Made by a program: the position numbers and the translations under genes. The notes beneath the pieces are model-generated. The model did not search any database. It was given only the letters and a program-made list of their open reading frames with translations, and was not told where the DNA came from. A DNA stretch of 24,000 bases from Marinomonas phaeophyticola (GTDB lineage: Bacteria > Pseudomonadota > Gammaproteobacteria > Pseudomonadales > Marinomonadaceae), in the NCBI RefSeq assembly GCF_026966905.1, contig NZ_JAPUBN010000017.1:31358-55357 (forward strand). The letters are read 5' to 3'. This document shows, piece after piece, positions 18,485 to 24,000 of the stretch. Position 1 is the first letter of the stretch, and each line of letters starts with the position of its first letter.

Positions 18485-20914
18485 CTACGCCTTTTCCGAG
18501 GTGCCTTTTTCTGCATTCTCCTCTTCTTCGTCGCCTTCCTCTTCGCCAAGCTTAGAGATCTCTTCCAGTTTTTGTATCACTCTTGCGTTGATCGTCCCTT
18601 CAGGATATTCCCCTTCCGCATTAACTACTCCCGCTTCAACCCCTGTCAATAAAGCTAAGGCTTCATCCGCTGTTGCAATGGTATAAATAGAAAATTGCCC
18701 AGCCGATACGGCGTCCAATACATCATCTGATAACATTAAATTATTCGCATTAGATTTAGGAATTATAACGCCTTGGGATCCGGTCAATCCTCGAGCATGA
18801 CAAACATTAAAGAAGCCTTCAATTTTTTCATTTACACCACCAATCGCCTGTACTTCACCATATTGATTCAACGAGCCCGTGATAGCCAAATCCTGACGCA
18901 ATGGCACTTGCACTAAGGCCGAGAGTAAACAGCACAATTCTGCTGTTGAGGCACTGTCACCATCTACATAACCATAGCTTTGCTCCATAGCGATGGAGGC
19001 GGATATATCTAGAGAGAACTTCTGGGCATACTTATTACCAAGATACCCTGACAGAATTAACACGCCTTTCGAATGAATATTTTGCCCAAGGTTAGACTCT
19101 CTTTCAATATCAATGATGCCTTTGCCTCCAGGGTACACGGTTGTAGATATCCGTGCAGGCGCACCAAAACTACTGTCACCAATTTGCATCACGGTTAAAC
19201 CATTAATCTTACCAACTGCCACACCGTCACTTTCAAGCAACACAGTACCATCAACAATTTCTTCAATGATTTTTTCACTTACACGACCTGTACGGTGTTT
19301 TTTCGCCTTTAAAGCGCGCTTTATATGAATATCCGTTGTCAAATCGTCTTTTGCTAATTGACGAATGAAATCGGCTTCACCTAGAAGTTCAAACACGTCA
19401 CCAATTCGAGCAGACATTTCCTTTTGATGCTCTGCAAGACGACTACTGTATTCAATCAAGGTAGCAACCCCAGCTTGTGTCACATCGGCATAGTTTTCTT
19501 TTAACACTCGATCGTTCAGTAGTCTTGCAAAAGCCATTTCTGATTCTTTATTGCGCTTTAGCGTGTCATCAAAATCAACTAAAACACGAAACATATCTTG
19601 GAAATCCGGATCGGCATCTTGTAATAAATAATAAATTTCACGAGAACCAATTAAGACCACTTTCACTTTCAATGGAATGTCTTCTGGAGCCAAGGTTGTC
19701 GTATTTGTTAAGCCTAAATCAGAATAAGGATGCTCTATTTTTAAGGTTTTACTTTTTAGCGCTCTTTTTAAGGCTTCCCATAAATAATGATCTGTCAGTA
19801 ACTTTTCAGCATCTAGAATCAGATAGCCACCATTAGCCGCATGTAGGCTTCCAGAACGTATCAAGCGATGATTAGTAATTAACATACCCTGATCACTACT
19901 GTATTCAACCTGACCAAAAAGGTTGCGATAGGTTGGATGGGCTTCATAAATGACAGGCACCCCCCCATCGATCTGATGAGTCACCGCGACATTGGGTACG
20001 TAAAGTTCCTCATAGGCCTGACGCCTTCCCGCATCATCACGACTTTCTGCGACTTTATCATCAACCATTTGATCAATGATATTTTTATCTAAGTCGCTTC
20101 GCATGGCTTTTAAGTAGGCAATTACGGCATCATTTTCACTGTAATACTCAAACAGAGGTGTCATAAATGGATCCAGCGCTTCTTTCACTGTATCTAAATT
20201 TAACCGCTTATGTTGTTCATAGGTTGTGCGCTTCCATTGCGGCAAAATAAGCAGTTCGTTATTCAATCTATGTTCTAATTGGGAAACACCTTCTTGGAAA
20301 TAGTCTCGTTCATCATCTGATAAAGCCGCAAATTCATTATCTTCCAATGCTTTACCATCTCTCATTGGGGCAAAGCTCACTGAAGAAGCATCGCGATACA
20401 TAGCAACACCAATTTTTACCGCTTCTTTTTCTACTTTATTAATGGCCGATTCGTACAGTTCATTAAACTCACGATCTATAGCGCTTTTCTGCTGTTGATA
20501 GGTTGGGTTTTCAAAGGCAGCAGGAAAACTGACCATTAAGCCGTCGATCACTTCCTTAATATGATCTTCAAATACTTTGGCTTGACTAGGAGCAAACTCA
20601 ATGGCTTTTGGGGAACGACTATCATCGAAATTATGTACATAAGTCCACTCTTGTGGGGCCGCCTGACGTTTAGCTTCACCTTTTAGATAACTCATCACAT
20701 AGGATGAACGACCAGTGCCTGAATCCCCCATAGCATAAATATTGTAGCCTGGCCTTTGCATGGCTACACCAAATTGAATCGCTTCAACGGCGCGCTCTTG
20801 ACCTAATATGCCGTTTAATGGATCAAGCTCAGATAGGGTTGAAAACTCAAGATGGGATTTGGGAACTTTTGCACATAATTGATCTATTGAAAGTGGGCTT
20901 ACCGTAAATGTCAT
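18485..20914 (-). CDS. Lon-like protease of the YcbZ/LonH type (N-terminal AAA-like module plus LonB-type Ser-Lys protease domain)
   Basis: 809 aa. The C-terminal half matches my recollection of E. coli YcbZ: HAANGGYLILD, EQSYGYVDGDSASTAELCCLLSAL (catalytic Ser codon at 18953-18955), ITGSLNQYGEVQAIGGVNEKIEGFF (catalytic Lys), LTGSQGVIIP. The N-terminal P-loop-like motif is GDSGTGRS (20705-20728). It ends in an acidic tail, EEEGDEEEENAEKGTSEKA. Confidence 0.88.
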   Translation of the reverse strand: MTFTVSPLSIDQLCAKVPKSHLEFSTLSELDPLNGILGQERAVEAIQFGVAMQRPGYNIYAMGDSGTGRSSYVMSYLKGEAKRQAAPQEWTYVHNFDDSRSPKAIEFAPSQAKVFEDHIKEVIDGLMVSFPAAFENPTYQQQKSAIDREFNELYESAINKVEKEAVKIGVAMYRDASSVSFAPMRDGKALEDNEFAALSDDERDYFQEGVSQLEHRLNNELLILPQWKRTTYEQHKRLNLDTVKEALDPFMTPLFEYYSENDAVIAYLKAMRSDLDKNIIDQMVDDKVAESRDDAGRRQAYEELYVPNVAVTHQIDGGVPVIYEAHPTYRNLFGQVEYSSDQGMLITNHRLIRSGSLHAANGGYLILDAEKLLTDHYLWEALKRALKSKTLKIEHPYSDLGLTNTTTLAPEDIPLKVKVVLIGSREIYYLLQDADPDFQDMFRVLVDFDDTLKRNKESEMAFARLLNDRVLKENYADVTQAGVATLIEYSSRLAEHQKEMSARIGDVFELLGEADFIRQLAKDDLTTDIHIKRALKAKKHRTGRVSEKIIEEIVDGTVLLESDGVAVGKINGLTVMQIGDSSFGAPARISTTVYPGGKGIIDIERESNLGQNIHSKGVLILSGYLGNKYAQKFSLDISASIAMEQSYGYVDGDSASTAELCCLLSALVQVPLRQDLAITGSLNQYGEVQAIGGVNEKIEGFFNVCHARGLTGSQGVIIPKSNANNLMLSDDVLDAVSAGQFSIYTIATADEALALLTGVEAGVVNAEGEYPEGTINARVIQKLEEISKLGEEEGDEEEENAEKGTSEKA

Positions 20915-21014
20915 TCATTATCTTCCTAAGTCGTTACGAGCAATTGGATTGAGTAAACACAATTGCCTCGAATAAAGTATTTTTCTGATGTTGGACTCAA
21001 TATAAACCGATTAA

Positions 21015-21048
21015 GCAATATAAAACACTGAAAACCGCTTTATATTGC
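21015..21048 (-). terminator. AT-rich hairpin downstream of tatD (weak terminator, or an operator in the Lon-like promoter region)
   Basis: 10-bp perfect stem (gcaatataaa / tttatattgc) with a 14-nt loop. On the minus strand it is followed by the U-rich uuaaucgguuuauauu, 18 nt after the tatD stop. Confidence 0.3.
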
Positions 21049-21065
21049 ATCCTGTATTTATATCA

Positions 21066-21872
21066 TTAACCTATTAATTTAAGCGTATTTAAGGCAGAGG
21101 CTCGCTTAAAGTGACCATAGAAATTATTGGCAGTGGTTTCCAGTAACGCTTCATAGCGCACCCCTTTAATATCGGCGACAAACTGAGCGACTTCCGCCAC
21201 GTACTTAGGCTCGTTTTTCTTACCTCTAAAGGGTATCGGTGCTAAATACGGCGCATCAGTTTCTACTAACAATCGATCAAGAGGTATTTTTTTAACAACA
21301 TCCCTTAATTCTTGCGCATTCTTAAAGGTAACAATACCAGAAATAGAAATCAGATAATTCTCATCTAATGCTTGTTTTGCCATCTCATAGGACTCAGTAA
21401 AGCAGTGCAATACCCCACCAGATTCAATATTACCGTACTCTTTAAGCAACTCGATGGTATCTACTCTTGCTTCCCTAGTATGGACAATAACAGGTAAATC
21501 AAGAGACCCTGCGATAGATAAATGCAGAGCAAAACTGTCTCGCTGCGCCTGATGAATCTTTTTATCGGACTCATAGTGGTAATCAAGACCGGTTTCTCCT
21601 ATTGCAATCACTTTTTCGTGCTGCGCAAATTCAAGCAATTCCTTTTCGTCTTTTAACAAACCTTTTGTATGCAAAGGATGAACGCCAGCGGATGCATATA
21701 CACCCTCTCTGTTAGTAAATTCTAAGATGCTTGGCAGACTGTCTAAATCTACCGAAATGCTCACCAACTGCTTTACACCAGCATTGACGGCCGCATCTAA
21801 TGCAAGATCTAAGCGCCCCTCATACGGGGATAAATCCAGTCCATCTAGGTGACAATGTGTATCGATCAACAT
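21066..21872 (-). CDS. TatD-family metal-dependent hydrolase/DNase (positional equivalent of E. coli YcfH)
   Basis: 268 aa. Motifs seen: MLIDTHCHLD, AIGETGLDY, VIVHTREA, VLHCF, LLVETDAPYL. It starts 3 nt after the holB stop. Confidence 0.93.
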   Translation of the reverse strand: MLIDTHCHLDGLDLSPYEGRLDLALDAAVNAGVKQLVSISVDLDSLPSILEFTNREGVYASAGVHPLHTKGLLKDEKELLEFAQHEKVIAIGETGLDYHYESDKKIHQAQRDSFALHLSIAGSLDLPVIVHTREARVDTIELLKEYGNIESGGVLHCFTESYEMAKQALDENYLISISGIVTFKNAQELRDVVKKIPLDRLLVETDAPYLAPIPFRGKKNEPKYVAEVAQFVADIKGVRYEALLETTANNFYGHFKRASALNTLKLIG

Positions 21873-21875
21873 AAA

Positions 21876-22814
21876 TTAGTTAAACCATTTGTTTATTTGG
21901 GATTTAAATTGCATAGGGGCATTTAAATTAGTACGCCCTAAACTGTCTTTTAGTGCCTGAAGTGACTCATAGGATGAAAGTAATTTGTGCACACCAAACC
22001 GTGAAATCATTTTTTCATACAAGCTTGCATGCATCGCTGAGCGATCATTGGAGACGGAAAAAATCAACGCTTGATGACATAATGCTTGAACCGCTTTTAA
22101 GTAATTCAATACATTTTTGTTATCCACGGCATTTAAAAAAATCGCTAACTCTGATTGAGATTGCATGCCACTTTGAAAAGCATCAGGAAAATCGAAATAG
22201 AAACGGTCCTTTCCTGAATCCGCCAATTCCGCTAACTCATACGCCTGCTGAGTTAGCCAAAAAAGTGTGTCTAGCCTCTTTTCTGGATACCGCAATTCAA
22301 GCCACTCTCTTACTTCAAGTTGGTTTGGTGTGGGTACATTAACTAACAAGCAGCGACTGCGAATAGTAGGCAGTAAACTGGCTGCTTGAAAAGCCGTCAA
22401 TAAAAAGAAGGTTCCGCTTGGCGGCTCTTCAAGTATTTTAAGTAAAGCATTTGACGCATTGGCATTCATATTTTGTACATGCATCATATGCAATACTTTT
22501 GTTTTGCCCACTTGCGATTTCTGAGAAACTTTTTTGCTTAATGTTCTGATTTGATCCACTTTAATGCTTTCGATACGACCATCAATAACATAAAAATCAG
22601 GATGTGTATTAGCCTTCATTAATTCACAAGAATGGCAGACCCCGCATGCATTAGAAGATCGCTCACACATTAGGTCAATAGCAAATTGAGAGGAAAGCAC
22701 CTCTTGGCCTACTCCCTCAGGCCCAATAATGAGGATGGCATGAGATAATGCCCGGGACTCTTTTAGCGACAAAAGCTGCTGATATTCTTTTTGTAACCAG
22801 GCAGGCAAAGACAT
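21876..22814 (-). CDS. holB: DNA polymerase III delta-prime subunit
   Basis: 312 aa. Motifs seen: HAILIIGPEGVG, zinc module CGVCHSCELMKANTHPDFYVI, ASNALLKILEEPP, TIRSRC. Its start codon overlaps the tmk stop (TAATG), and the gene order tmk-holB is conserved. Confidence 0.92.
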   Translation of the reverse strand: MSLPAWLQKEYQQLLSLKESRALSHAILIIGPEGVGQEVLSSQFAIDLMCERSSNACGVCHSCELMKANTHPDFYVIDGRIESIKVDQIRTLSKKVSQKSQVGKTKVLHMMHVQNMNANASNALLKILEEPPSGTFFLLTAFQAASLLPTIRSRCLLVNVPTPNQLEVREWLELRYPEKRLDTLFWLTQQAYELAELADSGKDRFYFDFPDAFQSGMQSQSELAIFLNAVDNKNVLNYLKAVQALCHQALIFSVSNDRSAMHASLYEKMISRFGVHKLLSSYESLQALKDSLGRTNLNAPMQFKSQINKWFN

Positions 22815-23446
22815 TAATTCACACTCGATTCAAATATTTGTGTCAAAACATCATCAATGTCACCTAATACGAGGTCTAATGCTTGGCTGGCATCAATAAC
22901 AGAAAAACGCTTAACATCCGCCTTTGCCCTGTCCATAAATCCTGAACGCACTGACTCATGAAATAATACAGATTCTTTATCCAAACGATCTATTTTCTGC
23001 CTTGCTTGCACTCTCGCCAAACCAATCTCTACCGGCACATCCAATAAAATGGTTTTATCTGGTAGACACTGACCAACCACCCAATCCGTTAAGGTTGAAA
23101 TTATGGCTAAATTTCCTTGTCGAGCGACACCCTGATAAACAAAAGAGGAATCAACAAATCGATCTGAAATCACACAGACTCCAGAATCAAGAGCCGGTTT
23201 TATTTTTTCATTAATATGTTGTGCTCTTGATGCAAAGACCAACAACAGTTCTGTCATATCATGGACTTTTTCATCTCGTTCATTAAGCACAAGAGAACGA
23301 ATTTCTTCCGCAAGAGGGGTTCCCCCTGGCTCACGAGTCGTGATGAAGGGAATATTTCTCTCATCTAACCAAGACAAAATGTGCGCAAGGCTGGTTGACT
23401 TACCGCTACCTTCACCCCCTTCTAAAGAAATAAATTTACCTCTCAT
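22814..23446 (-). CDS. tmk: Thymidylate kinase
   Basis: 210 aa. It has the P-loop FISLEGGEGSGKST, plus TREPGGT and the DRF.DSS..YQG motif. Confidence 0.96.
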   Translation of the reverse strand: MRGKFISLEGGEGSGKSTSLAHILSWLDERNIPFITTREPGGTPLAEEIRSLVLNERDEKVHDMTELLLVFASRAQHINEKIKPALDSGVCVISDRFVDSSFVYQGVARQGNLAIISTLTDWVVGQCLPDKTILLDVPVEIGLARVQARQKIDRLDKESVLFHESVRSGFMDRAKADVKRFSVIDASQALDLVLGDIDDVLTQIFESSVN

Positions 23447-23460
23447 ACCCTATAACCCTG

Positions 23461-24000
23461 CTATTTTTCTTTTGGTGATGAAGTGTAATCTGAACGCCGT
23501 TGAAAACGCTGATACTGCGCAACAGCATTATTATGCTCTCTTAAAGTACGAGAAAACGCATGGGTTCCATCCCCTTTGGCCACAAAATACAAGGCATCCG
23601 TTTCTCCTGGAGAAACCGCTGCCACAATAGATTCTTTACCAACATTGGCAATAGGTGTAGGAGGCAAACCAAAGATACGATACGTATTGTAAGGATTTTC
23701 GGCTCTAAGGTGAGCTCTTGTTAAATTGCCATCAAATGCTTCACCTAATCCATAAATAACAGTGGGGTCGGTTTGAAGGCGAATATTCTTTCTTAACCTA
23801 TTTACAAATACTTTTGAAATAAGAGGCCTTTCTGACGCATCCCCTGTCTCCTTTTCAATAATCGATGCTAGAATAAGCGCTTCATAGGAATCATTTAGGG
23901 GGAATTGCTGTCTTTTTCCTTCCACACCCCCTCTAGTACATCCATCAGCTTTTTATGAGATCGCCTTAAAATGGCCACATCCGTATCGCCTTTGTAGTAT
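23461..24000 (-). CDS. mltG: Endolytic murein transglycosylase MltG (YceG-like), running off the window edge and interrupted by an apparent 1-nt frameshift at a C5 run
   Basis: The downstream frame carries the core LILASIIEKETG...VFVNRL...LQTDPTVIYG...NTY...GLPPTPI. The upstream frame (23895-24000) reads YYKGDTDVAILRRSHKKLMDVLEGVWKEKDSNSP*, which aligns with E. coli ..[25 protein letters not shown]... One extra C at 23898-23902 (minus-strand C5) joins the frames as ..DSNSPLNDSYEALILASIIEKETG. Confidence 0.9.

Noticed and set aside
18485-20914. Considered whether the Lon-like protease is a BREX BrxL-type defence component.
   Set aside because: No BREX partners (PglX methyltransferase, PglZ, BrxA/B/C) or any other defence genes are nearby. 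The sequence resembles the housekeeping-context YcbZ/LonH type. The flanking genes are core (tatD/holB/tmk).
21953-22342. 129-aa plus-strand ORF antisense to holB. Similar long antisense ORFs occur at 19477-19836, 4828-5163, 6184-6519, 3209-3493, 3956-4243, 10582-10869 and 13559-13861.
   Set aside because: All lie entirely within confidently identified genes on the opposite strand. They lack Shine-Dalgarno sequences and recognisable motifs. They have the Ser/Leu/Arg-rich composition typical of shadow frames.
1-24000. Searched for CRISPR arrays, tRNA, rRNA or tmRNA genes, IS elements, integrases, phage genes, toxin-antitoxin pairs and known defence-system hallmarks.
   Set aside because: No spaced direct repeats. 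No intergenic gap is long enough or shows tRNA-like conserved arms. No ORF has transposase, recombinase, nuclease-helicase or methyltransferase features. All gaps are 195 bp or shorter apart from the gaps flanking the small 18122-18418 ORF.

Overview
This 24 kb window looks like chromosomal backbone from a moderately AT-rich gammaproteobacterium. Gene order resembles Pseudomonas and Oceanospirillales, but I cannot assign a species without a search. Coding density is high and 19 of the 21 protein-coding genes are on the minus strand. Minus-strand genes, by coordinate: FMN reductase and pirin; asd and leuB-leuD-leuC, with a divergent LysR regulator on the plus strand; an HcaT-like MFS transporter divergent from a plus-strand cytoplasmic GH13 alpha-glucosidase; ndh; yaiI; ETF-ubiquinone oxidoreductase, a long (595 aa) acyl-CoA dehydrogenase and an AraC regulator. 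Next comes a short poorly characterised stretch: a small charged protein, a cytochrome b562-like protein, a small secreted ORF on the plus strand, and an 809-aa YcbZ/LonH-type Lon-like protease. The window ends with the conserved mltG-tmk-holB-tatD(ycfH) operon. I found no tRNA or rRNA genes, CRISPR arrays, transposases, integrases, or defence-island hallmarks. I could not identify a convincing novel multi-gene system. The best-supported observations are two apparent one-base contractions in G/C homopolymers. One (G9) truncates the last transmembrane helix of the MFS transporter. The other (G5/C5) splits mltG. Together they point to homopolymer sequencing error rather than biology, although phase variation of the MFS tract cannot be excluded. 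Secondary curiosities are the orphan Lon-like protease with Arg in place of the Walker A Lys, and the b562-like plus charged-protein bicistron.
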